From Nemertoderma westbladi (Eukaryota > Animalia > Xenacoelomorpha), in the NCBI GenBank assembly GCA_032718475.1, contig JAUCBJ010007509.1, forward strand, positions 6,086 to 70,085: a DNA stretch of 64,000 nt, written 5' to 3'. Shown in pieces: positions 24,387-34,778 of this stretch; positions within the stretch are counted from its first letter, which is position 1, and each line of letters begins with the position of its first letter. The position numbers were made by a program, and so were the translations under genes. Under the pieces are notes generated by a model. The model had not been told where the DNA came from. It made no database searches and saw only the letters and a list, made by a program, of their open reading frames with translations.

Positions 24387-25224
24387 GTTCTACGTTAGAC
24401 TACCGAGTAATTCCTGTCCAATTGATTTTCCCCGCAATAGCGCTAGTAATTATCAGATAAATTTCCACGGCGCCTTACCTATAAATCCAAACGAAAACTG
24501 GGTGGTAGGTATAAAAAGTATATTTTACTTAGCAACGTTGCCGTCCATGTATAACAATGTAGAGAATGTTATTTTATTAAAAAAAGGGAAAAAAATTTTT
24601 GAGGATACACTTCCATCTGGTTTATTCTACAGTATCAATGACATTATAGATTATTTTAACACGGGGGCGTTGAAAGATAAATTACAAATAGTTGAAAATA
24701 CTCAGCAAAATAGATTGCAATTTATTTTAGGGAAAACTGTGCGAGAGTTATTTATAGGTCAACAATTAGCCTATTATTTTGGAATTACTGAAAATAATCT
24801 CGGTGCGAATTTAAATCCAAATTTTAAAATTATTTTGAAGACGAAAAATAATATAAAGGGTTATTTAATAAAGGTTATCGGAAATGGAGAAAAGGCTTAC
24901 CAGATGGTATTTTTATGTCCTCAACCACCCAACTCTATTCCAGAACCTAAGTCGAACATGTACGTGACTACTAATATAATTGAAAATCAATATATTAACG
25001 ATTTTGGTTTAGCTTTACTTCGTCGTGTTGCGATACCTGATGATGTGAAATATGGTAGCGTAATAAATAAAGAATTTGTCAAGGATACAATTCATTATAT
25101 CCCTGTAAAAAAATCATATAAGATAACATACATTCATATTGAAATAACAGACAAAGAAGGAAAAGATTTGAATTTTGAATACGGCACAACTTCTATTACA
25201 TTACACTTTAAACGTATAAATTAA
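24379..25224 (+). CDS. Minor capsid protein (penton) 2
   Basis: FYVRLPSNS..FPRN..WVVGIKSI and MYVTTNII..LLRRV..HYIPV..IEITDKEG..F..ITLHFK; ATG overlaps the stop of penton 1. Confidence 0.88.
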   Translation: MDEFYVRLPSNSCPIDFPRNSASNYQINFHGALPINPNENWVVGIKSIFYLATLPSMYNNVENVILLKKGKKIFEDTLPSGLFYSINDIIDYFNTGALKDKLQIVENTQQNRLQFILGKTVRELFIGQQLAYYFGITENNLGANLNPNFKIILKTKNNIKGYLIKVIGNGEKAYQMVFLCPQPPNSIPEPKSNMYVTTNIIENQYINDFGLALLRRVAIPDDVKYGSVINKEFVKDTIHYIPVKKSYKITYIHIEITDKEGKDLNFEYGTTSITLHFKRIN

Positions 25225-25225
25225 A

Positions 25226-25786
25226 ATGGATTCTGATTTATTTCAAAGATACAGTAAACCTCAATATGGGGGTTCAGACTCTAATCTTGCTGTTTTTAAA
25301 GGTGGAAGAAGTACCAGAGGCTCGACGCAAGTTCCTGTTTTTCGTGGTGGTTCATATATTGACCCTTACGGTCAACAAATTGGCACATTTGGTCCAAACT
25401 TAAAACAACGTTGTTTTCAGCGTTATCGTAGAGGTATGCGGGCAAATCAACACGGAGAAGGTATATTTACAGACGCCTTATCGACATTAAAAAAAATTGG
25501 TAAGCCATTAGCTAAAAAAGTTTTACAGAAAGCTTTACCATTTACCACAAAATTTATGAGACAACACGTAATACCAAAAGGTAAGCGGGTCTTACATCAG
25601 CAGGCTAATACAGTTATTAATAAAGCATTAAATAAAATGAAACCGTCAACAAGGTCGGTTGTAGAAAAAGTTTATAGAGATTTAAAGCGACCCGCTAGAC
25701 CAATGTCTATGAACATACATCATCGACGTAGTAAAAAGAGAAATATAAAAGGCAAACTGAAACACTGCGAAAAAAGTATTTTTTAA
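25226..25786 (+). CDS. Basic virion core / membrane-penetration protein precursor with protease-site-like motifs
   Basis: QYGG, FKGG, FRGG and QHGEG motifs, then amphipathic IFTDALSTLKKIGKPLAKKVL; K/R-rich; lies between penton and MCP as in other Polintons. Confidence 0.75.
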   Translation: MDSDLFQRYSKPQYGGSDSNLAVFKGGRSTRGSTQVPVFRGGSYIDPYGQQIGTFGPNLKQRCFQRYRRGMRANQHGEGIFTDALSTLKKIGKPLAKKVLQKALPFTTKFMRQHVIPKGKRVLHQQANTVINKALNKMKPSTRSVVEKVYRDLKRPARPMSMNIHHRRSKKRNIKGKLKHCEKSIF

Positions 25787-25788
25787 TA

Positions 25789-26829
25789 ATGTCAATTATT
25801 AAGGAATTAGATTTATTTTCTACACAGCCAATACAGACTGAATTTAAAGCAAAGCAATATGAAACAATTTACCCTGTATCTAATCTCAGAAGTGAATCTA
25901 GGGAGGTCACCTTCCTTGTACCCAGATCCAATGAATTCTATACGAAACTGCAAGACGCGTTATTAATTACAAAATGTACAGTACGTTGGGATAGACGACT
26001 TGAAAACTCCCATATTTATATGCTGAATTACCCAGCTGAAACTATGTGGAGTGATATTAAAATAGACCTTAATGAGAAGCAGGTTGAAAATAGCAATAAC
26101 CATTATTTCTACAAGTCGTACTTATCCAATTTATTATTTACAACTTACGAGGATAAAAATGGGCTACTGGGTGCGGGTGGCTTTCATCAACCTTTATCTG
26201 AACACGGAAATGAAATTGATCCCGGCGCGCATCCTATTGCCGATGCCTTTAGTAAACAAATGCAATTTGTAAGTGGATTGACGATTGATTTTGATACTGA
26301 AACTAAAATAATACAACCTAGGTATGATTTAAGAATGCATTTTAGAAAAGTATCAAATTCGTTTATTTTTCAAATCACTCCAAACGCAAACGCCGTGACA
26401 AATCTTCGACTAGAATTAGATGAAATAAAAATTCTAATCCCTAGAATGGGGGTTAATCCAGTAATAGAAAGCAGTCACCTAAAAGGTTTAGAGAGCTACG
26501 ATATTGAATATCAATTTCAAAAGAAAGAGGTAACTACATTTACTATTCCAGCTCAAACCACTCAATTAATGAAAAACATTAATACATATATTAACGGTTA
26601 TGGAGGTAATAATATAGACCATGAAACCTACTTAGGTAATTGTCCCATCCTATCCTGGGACCTAACCGCCGATGGCTACGTTAGAGATCCGCAACCCTCG
26701 ATATATACTAACGGTCAATTAAAATTAAGATTTGCCGAACCGTTGGTTGAAACCATAAATGTAATCGTTTTTAATATTTATGATCAATCATTAAGTTTAA
26801 ATAGCAGGAAAGAAATACATATCGATTAA
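25789..26829 (+). CDS. Major capsid protein (double jelly-roll), apparently internally shortened
   Basis: ELDLFSTQPIQT..IYPV, HYFYKSYLSNLL, WDLTAD, LKLRFAEPL..INVIV; only 346 aa. Confidence 0.9.
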   Translation: MSIIKELDLFSTQPIQTEFKAKQYETIYPVSNLRSESREVTFLVPRSNEFYTKLQDALLITKCTVRWDRRLENSHIYMLNYPAETMWSDIKIDLNEKQVENSNNHYFYKSYLSNLLFTTYEDKNGLLGAGGFHQPLSEHGNEIDPGAHPIADAFSKQMQFVSGLTIDFDTETKIIQPRYDLRMHFRKVSNSFIFQITPNANAVTNLRLELDEIKILIPRMGVNPVIESSHLKGLESYDIEYQFQKKEVTTFTIPAQTTQLMKNINTYINGYGGNNIDHETYLGNCPILSWDLTADGYVRDPQPSIYTNGQLKLRFAEPLVETINVIVFNIYDQSLSLNSRKEIHID

Positions 26830-26831
26830 GT

Positions 26832-27284
26832 ATGTTATCTACAGAGGACCTTGATATGTTTCCAGTGGGTGGTCACTATTTGGGCGCGTTTCCAGCTAAT
26901 AAATTACCTAAATTAGATAATAATAAGCGGCAGGATTATGGCTTGATAGTAAATACTGATAGAGAGCATCTGCCCGGGATTCATTGGATCGCGATATATA
27001 TACGAGATAATGAAGCCGAAGTATTTGACTCGTTTGGACCAAAATATCCAAACAGATGCATCGAAAAATGGCTTGAGAAAATTTCCGCAAGGTGGCGTAC
27101 TACACGCAAACAATTTCAAGACCCCAGGAGGACCACATGCGGTCTATACTGTCTTTATTATTTGGTAAATCGTATTCACACAATCTATCCAATGAGAGCG
27201 TTTACAAATAATGTGGAAATCAATGAAATTATATTATATAAATGGCTTGTTAATTATTATAAATTAAACCAACAAACTTTGTAA
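26832..27284 (+). CDS. Adenain-like cysteine protease (virion maturation)
   Basis: IVNTD..PGIHWIA (His), FDSFG (Asp), FQ..TTCGLYC (Gln, Cys). Confidence 0.95.
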   Translation: MLSTEDLDMFPVGGHYLGAFPANKLPKLDNNKRQDYGLIVNTDREHLPGIHWIAIYIRDNEAEVFDSFGPKYPNRCIEKWLEKISARWRTTRKQFQDPRRTTCGLYCLYYLVNRIHTIYPMRAFTNNVEINEIILYKWLVNYYKLNQQTL

Positions 27285-27315
27285 TTAATCATTTAACTTT
27301 TGTTTATCAGATAAA

Positions 27316-27912
27316 ATGGATAATATTATTTTTGTTGATTTTCAATATTATAAGATAGACAATAAGGAGTATCCTGTAGTATTTAAAGAATTTGCTATTT
27401 TCGATTCTAATTACACCAAAACTAATGTAAAGACGTTTTTAATTAAAGGCCCGTCTAATATTAAGTTATCAGCTTTAGATGCAGCTCACGTAAACAATTT
27501 ACGGGATATGACTTCTCACTTGCCCTGGAACTACGGGGACATTTCTCAAGATGACTTTAAAAAATATATGAAGAGACATTTAAAATATAAAAAAAATATT
27601 CATGTATTTGGGTTGCTGAAACGGGCAATATTAGTTTCCCAACTCGATGTTCACGAGCCAAATTCGGTGGAGAAATTGGGAATATATAAGCAATATCACG
27701 ATTATTTAACACCTTGTCGATTTCACGACCGATTCACTACAATGGAAAGTAAATGTGCGTTCCACTTAAACATAAGGGATAACTGTCTGCGATACTGCTC
27801 AGCAAAACGTGTTGGCAGGTATGAGGCTCTACACTTTTTCATGAGAAAGCGTTTAACTGCGACTGATGATGATAAACAGAAAGAAATAACTGCGGTGGAA
27901 GATGTACTGTAG
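27316..27912 (+). CDS. DEDD/RNase H-fold 3'-5' exonuclease-like Polinton accessory protein
   Basis: FVDFQ..FKEFAI..HLPWNYGDI..IHVFG..K pattern with a Cys/His tail, as in Polinton DEDD-like ORFs; Q replaces E in motif I. Confidence 0.6.
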   Translation: MDNIIFVDFQYYKIDNKEYPVVFKEFAIFDSNYTKTNVKTFLIKGPSNIKLSALDAAHVNNLRDMTSHLPWNYGDISQDDFKKYMKRHLKYKKNIHVFGLLKRAILVSQLDVHEPNSVEKLGIYKQYHDYLTPCRFHDRFTTMESKCAFHLNIRDNCLRYCSAKRVGRYEALHFFMRKRLTATDDDKQKEITAVEDVL

Positions 27913-28262
27913 GTTTACTCTAAGCATGTAATGTGATGGGATAATATAATTTTATTTTAGTGATGATCTTGATGTTAATATAAAAAATATAATAAAATAT
28001 AATTTTTTACAACAAGTTCTCTAAAAAAGAGTCAATTGCGCTAGGTTAACTATACACATTTAACAATATGATGTAGACGTAACATGTACAGTAAGTATTC
28101 TCGATATCATTCTAATATAGATGTACTGGTATTGTGAAACAGCCTATACATCGCAAACTAATAACACATACAGTAGTTGACTAGTAATATTAGTCAGAAA
28201 ATGCAACATAATCTGTATAGGGTGTAATGATAACCTGTTGGTACCGGTACTGATAAATTATA

Positions 28263-29435
28263 GGCCTATCTACAACTGTCATCCACTTTATCAGTACCGG
28301 TAGTGTTTTACTCTTCCAACACTGTAGTTTCTGTCTAGTGGTATCGGTACAGCAGTAATCTGATGCATGCAGGGGTCTCACATATAGGGATTAGATCACC
28401 TATCCAAACAATACAGTACTGCTGTACTGTCGCTGTTCTTGATGTAACATCATAATCAGATAAAGCATACTGATTTCCTTTGATTAGCATTGTACTGCAG
28501 TACCGGTACGACAGTACCTGCAGTAACAAACTAAACCAATGTATACAATATCGTGAGCTAGTTACAATCAGATGTGTACGCAGTCAGCCACGTTGCGGGG
28601 ATGCGGTCAACCTCACAGCTAGCCTCGCAGCTCCTATCCACAACTGTCATCCACTTTATCAGTACAGCAGTAATCTGATGCAATAGCATTTGTTTTTTTT
28701 CACCTATAAGGATACTGCTGTCTACCCGAACCTTGATTAGCATAGGCCTACAGCTGTCATAACCTAGATTACATGCAGGGGTCTCACATATAGGGATTAG
28801 ATCCCCTACCTAAACAATACAGTACTGCAGTACTGTCGTTGTTCTTGATGTAACAGCATAATCAGATAGAGCATACTGATTTCCTTTGATTAGCATTGTA
28901 CTGCAGTATTAATGTAACAGTACCTGCAGTAACTGTAGTACAAACTAAACCAATGTATACAATATCGTGAGCTAGTTACAATCAGATGTGTATGCAGTCA
29001 GCCACGTTGCGGGGATGCGGTCAACCTCACAGCTCCTATCCACAACTGTCATCCACTTTATCAGTACAGCAGTAATCTGATGCAATAGCATTTGTTTTTT
29101 TTCACCTATAAGGATACTGCTGTCTACCCGAACCTTGATTAGCATAGGCCTACTGCTGTCATAACCTAGATTACATGCAGGAGTCTCACATATAGGGATT
29201 AGATCACCTACCCAAACAATACAGTACTGCAGTAGGCCTACTGTCGCTGTTCTTGATGTAACTGCGTTGTCAGATAGAGCATACTGATTTCCTTTGATTA
29301 GCATTGTACTGCAGTACGGTACCGGTACCACAGTATTAATGTAACAGCACCCGCAGTAACAAACTAAGTCATTGTATACAATATCATGAGCCGGATATAA
29401 TCAGATGTGTACACAGTCATGGGATGCGGTCAACC
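28263..29435. repeat. ~370-400-bp tandem triplication in the intergenic region between the convergent gene blocks
   Basis: ACAACTGTCATCCACTTTATCAGTAC recurs at 28272, 28640 and 29042; copies 2 and 3 are highly similar, copy 1 has indels. Confidence 0.9.
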
Positions 29436-29439
29436 ACGC

Positions 29440-29640
29440 AGTCAGAGCAGCATCGCTGCCAGCCTCGCAGCCAGCCTCGCGGCACGCAGCAGCCTCGCAG
29501 CCAGCCACCCTCGCAGCCAGCCTCGCGGCACGCAGCAGCCTCGCAGCCAGCCATGCAGCCAGCCTCATGGCGCGCAGCAGCCTCGCAGTTGATCATGCAG
29601 TCAGCCAGCCAGCTACGCAGCTAGGCACGCAGTCAGCCCG
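29440..29640. repeat. GC-rich short-unit repeat (GCAGCCAGCCTCGC variants)
   Basis: Repeated cagcctcgcagccag / ggcacgcagcagcc units within otherwise AT-rich DNA. Confidence 0.85.
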
Positions 29641-29726
29641 TGAGAGTCATACTTATTCAAACGAGGTTAGTTTTCCCTAACTACCGATAGATTGATTGAA
29701 AAATAATAATGTTTAATTTTCACCTT

Positions 29727-30272
29727 CTAATCACCAACACCTAAAGTCACAACACCAAACATTAATAAATAATTAACAAGTTTACTAAATATAGGGTAAT
29801 AAATGTGAAATTTGCTAGGTGAACACATTAAAGTACATTTACCAGTATGAAAGCAACAAATGACTACGGTATTATTTATTCTTATTTTGCAATTATTAAA
29901 AATTTCAGGTTCATATATAACTTGAAGTTGTACATTATCAAAGACAACATAAAACCCGGTATTGTTTATCAATAACCTATAGACTACAGACTTAATACTA
30001 AAAATATAAGTACATAAATTAACAGATTTTAAAATCAAATTAATACTAGTTTTATCAAATATATGCTTTTTTACTTTTTGGAAATTATACTTACTGCCTA
30101 ATAATGTAATACGACCATTTTTAAATATTAATAATGTGGCACCAAATATCTTATATATAAACTGATTTGGTTTGAGTATGTGTTTACCAGATAATTGATT
30201 TTTTAATTCTTTAAAATTAATCGCTGACACTTGCTGGCAACTTACATTCTTATTGACTATCTGATAGTTCAT
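29727..30272 (-). CDS. TATA-box-binding protein (TBP)-like protein, core domain only (181 aa)
   Basis: Two TBP repeats: YQIVNKNVSC..INFKEL..FIYK..ATLLIFKNGRITLLGSK and YEPEIFNNCKIR..VICCFHTGKCTLM, compared with the TBP consensus FKIQNIVGSC..YEPELFPGLIYR..LLIFVSGKIVLTGAK; start overlaps the end of pPolB by 23 bp. Confidence 0.85.
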   Translation of the reverse strand: MNYQIVNKNVSCQQVSAINFKELKNQLSGKHILKPNQFIYKIFGATLLIFKNGRITLLGSKYNFQKVKKHIFDKTSINLILKSVNLCTYIFSIKSVVYRLLINNTGFYVVFDNVQLQVIYEPEIFNNCKIRINNTVVICCFHTGKCTLMCSPSKFHIYYPIFSKLVNYLLMFGVVTLGVGD

Positions 30273-33200
30273 TGTTTGGTTCCCGATAAATAGGTATATT
30301 GTTTTTCTTTATCGGTTTTTTGACCTTTGTTTGATAGTGACCCCAGGGAAGCGAATGATTTTTATTAACCCAATAAAGTTTATCATCAAATGCGCTGAGA
30401 GCAAACTTATCACGTGCTACAGTGTACACTTTGTGTAATTTGCTCTGAAATTGATGTATTTCTTTTGAAATTTCTTCGTTTGAGTTATATGCTCTTACAT
30501 AATCTTCGTGGCAAATATTTTTTTCCACGACAGCTCTTGTAATACCTTTTGCTCTACGAATATTGGATTCATTGAATTCCAAAATTGAATATAATTTTGG
30601 TCTTAAAAATACTGCTTGTTTAATTTCACGTGAGGCTAGTTCGTCTTTACAGTAATAGAGTCTGGATTTATTTTTATCGCTGTAGAGAGGGTGATCCTTG
30701 GGGTAATTGGATGTATCTAAAATATTATTTTTAATTAAGGCTTTTAAGAAATTACTCTGCGATGTATTATAGTAACAACCTATTAAAGAGTCCGTATCTG
30801 ATGCTACAATTTCAATTCGACAGTTTAATTCTTTCTCAATAGGTAGCAATTTATCATAATACAGCTGATACATATCCAATTTAGCCAAGTCCAAGACAGT
30901 ACTACCTATATAGACCGGCTTATCGAGAGTTACAGAGTCTTTTACTAATAAGTGACCCGATAAGGAATCGTTATAAATCATGAAATTTTCGTGATTTATA
31001 CGTTTGACTAATTGGTCACATTTTTCTTTACTATTAGCGATACGAAAGTTGCATCGGTCCCTTATTTTTTCAATCGTTTTTCCAAATAACGAATTATTCA
31101 GAAGCTTCGCGACAGCTGTTTCAATATACGTTTTTGCTATTCTCCTTTGATTAATATTAAAATCTATATAGGGTTTAAATACAAAGTCTTGATGGAAAGA
31201 ATACAATTTATGGAGCTTAGTAACAATTAAACCTTGTTTTATATAAAATTTTAACAGTTTTAAATTTACATGATAGAATTCCTTATCGAATTGTGTCAAC
31301 ATAAGTTTTGGTGCACACATCTTATAATTGCTATTAGTGCCTCTTTGTTTACAAACATGATTATATTGTTCCCTCATATATGGTGAAAGCATTGTCTCAT
31401 TTATACTTAAATGTTCTGGAGCTAAGGGTAGTTCTAATGTACGATCGTGAATATCTTTGGGATATTTCAAATCGCAAATTAAGAAAAACCCAATATCCCC
31501 TTCAGTATCAAGATTTGATAAATATTTTATTAGTTCTTCTGGAGCAGCATTCTCTAAATATGTAACGTTGACTTGTTCAAACCCTGAAACAGGTAGCTTT
31601 TTACTTAAATTACCTGAATACAAGGAATTAAAATCTATATTGAAAATATGACACTCTTCCTTGCTTGGATCATAATTATCAGGATCTGGTATATTTGATT
31701 CTATGTAATGCTTTCGACAGAATGAAACCCCTCCTCTAATAGATGCTTCAAAATCTCTATATGTTTGGTAATCTTTTATTAATGCTAACTTACATTTATT
31801 GTATTTCAGGGCGCAATCATAAGTGAAAGCTGCGATACTGCAATAATAAACTACTTCTAATTCGTAGTTTTGTCTACATACTCTCCTAAAGTTCTCAAAT
31901 ATATCAGCGAGGAGACAAACATCGAGTTTTAAGTATGCTAAAAGATAATCCTTGAGATTCACACAGTCAAACTGACTCCATGATGCGTTGGCAAAACTAT
32001 ATTCCTCGGGAGTACAGGTATTTTGTGTTAATTTACTATAAAATTTGTCTATTGATGGTAATTTCGAATCATTGAATTTATTTAAATCTGACAGATACTC
32101 GTAGGGAAATATACCTTTTCGTTTAATTGTTGCATTATTTAAATTTGGATAAAAATGTTTCATTTGCTGTTCAGTAATTGGTAGAACTGATGTTATATCC
32201 TCGCTGTCTATATCCTTTGTTGAACAATCAACTAAAGTACTTAGGGAAAAGGATAAAAATTGATATGTGTCTAAGACACGTAGCTCGATTTTTGTTTTTT
32301 GTTCTTTCACTGGTATATGCATACTCAGTGAAATATACCTTTCAGAATTTTTAGGGATTACCTTTATATCCCAATCGGAATATTTGTTATTGCTAAACCC
32401 AACTTGCAAAAGAAAATGCAAATCGTAGAGATTGCAGTTGTGTGCAGCGAGTATATACATGTGTCGTTTCAACGATAAAGAGCGGTTACATGCGTTACAA
32501 GCGGCTGCTATATAGTTACCAGTAATATGTGAGTGATGTTTATTTTTCTCAGACTTATCCTTAAATAAAACATCTACTTCGTTAAGTATAATCTTCTCTC
32601 GCGTATGGGTTTCTGCCCACTTATATAATTGGGTGATGTCATTATATACAGAGTCTAAAAAGTCTTGAATACAGTTGTTGTCGATTGTTTTTGTAAAGGT
32701 CTTCAAATAAAATTTTGGTGGATTGATTAATTCACTACTAGGAACAATTAAATAACTTACAGCGCATGGAATATGATTCTGAATAAATTTACTGTTGGTG
32801 GCTGGCTCCAAAATAGATTCTATGTCAAAATATATTACAAACAATGCTGGTAATGTTCTGTCTAAATTTCTAAAGCTAATGTGAGTTCTTTTTTCAGACG
32901 GTAGCTTCTCAACTTGACTTTTTCCTCGATAACAAGCAAGACGGTGACGTTCTAGAACATTTCTGTAGAAATGCGACAAATACCGTTCGCAATATTTCCT
33001 ACATCTAATATGCTTACCTGTTGTATTCATCAAACGATTCAAGTTAGTTATGCAAACATAATGTGATTGTTTACTCGTATTCTTATTTTTTACAAGTAAT
33101 ATATTCAATAACTCTTTATCTGGAGTGATTTTACTAAATGGAGCCTGTCTTAATATAGATACTCGATTGTTGTCGTAGAGTAATAAATTAATTATATATG

Positions 33201-34224
33201 CTGAATTCTGTTTTTCAAAAAGTTTAATTGCAAGCTGCCATTCTGTTGGATAATCTTTGTTCCCATTGTCAAAAATAAAATGACTCATATAATTTTTGTA
33301 CTGCGAAGTACGATATTTGTTGTTCTTCACTTTGCTACTAAATTTTGTGGCTATAATTGCCCATTTAAAACAATCATTATCAGCCGTTTGTATATTTATA
33401 ACACATCGTTTACTCGATAGAGCCTTAGGTAACTCCATATAACCGTGACCTTTATATTCCAGTGACTTACACTTGGATTCAGCTACTTTAATTTCCACTC
33501 TTAATAAAGATTTAACGCGCTACCCTGAGCCACGAGTGTTAAATATGGCTATTTTTTGCATTAATTTTTCTAGTACATACTCAAACCATGTGTCAAAACT
33601 TTCATGTGAATCTACGGTATTAACTGAACCACCTGGAGAACTAAAATAGAAAGTTTCTTCTTGGTCACCCTCTGAAAAATGTGATCGATACATGAGTATA
33701 TTCACACCTAGCCAGGGTCTAAGTACATTCATTTCGCTAAGTTTTCCTAATAATAAGTTTTTGATGTGTGGTAGAATATGAACTATGGATGAATGAATAT
33801 CAGGAAAATCTTCATCATTTGGAAGATTATAAACATAGATTTCTAAACGGTTATCGTGTGCGGATCGTTCGATGCTAAAAATTGATGGACCTTGACCAGA
33901 TTTCAGTCTTTTTCTAGATGCTACAGTATTGTTTTGGTTCCGTTGTGATGGTCTAACATGATAATAACGTTGGTGGCAGTCGTGACGTAAATAATTCTCA
34001 TATAAATACTCTTTATTACAAGTAGGGCAAGTTTTTTCATACACGTAAAGCTTCATTTCTTTACATCCCGTAGTTGTTTCATGTCGTTTGCATATTTCTT
34101 CACGTGAACATTTCACATGACAATTAAAACAATTGTATTCTTCAAAATGAGATTTCACGTGTGTTAAATAATTTCGTTTAGAAATTTGAAGAGGACAAAA
34201 TGGACATTTCAATTGTTTATCCAT
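30250..34224 (-). pseudogene. Protein-primed family B DNA polymerase (group-2 type, ~1324 aa) with N-terminal C2H2 fingers; one premature stop
   Basis: ORFs 33520-34224 and 30250-33498 are in frame across GSG*RVKSLLRVEIKV (TAG at the conserved GSGW); ExoI FDIES, ExoII HN..YD, KGIFPYEY, ExoIII YLKLDV, DFNSLY, KLLNNSLFGK, DTDS; endonuclease VII-like HSHITGNY..ACNACN. Confidence 0.96.
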
Positions 34225-34778
34225 CTCTTTATTATCCTAAAAACAATTTAAAATTAATATGAATATTGTTATATATATAATCAAAAAAAATTCATAAGCT
34301 ACTCAACACAAATAAAATATAATATCTAAACTTTAATTAATTTAATATTTTCAGAATGAGCTCGATTGAATCAGTTGAGCTCTTTATATATATATATATT
34401 TCAAGTTTCTACTTATACCAACCAATCATAAATAACAGTTACATTGGAAACTAATATCATAAATGAAGTTGCTTTTACAACTGAATTCTTTATAATAAAA
34501 TCAAGTCTAAACCAAGATGTGCATAATGCGTTTTTAATTTTCATTGATAAAGTAGGTTTTACATGCTAATGTTTTATTATGGTGGTGTAAACTCATGCAT
34601 TTACATGGGAATGTTTTATACCTAATCCCATGCTCACATTAAATATAAACTATCACCAATATTTACTCAATAAAGTCACCTTTACATGCAAATACTTTAT
34701 AATAATCACGCTTTGTGATAAAAAGTTACCTTTACAAGTTAGTGTGAAACTGAAAAAAAGTCTCTAGTTAATAATAAA

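Noticed and set aside
28190-29680. Small ORFs in the Polinton central spacer
   Set aside because: They arise from tandem and low-complexity repeats, and frames are not preserved between copies.
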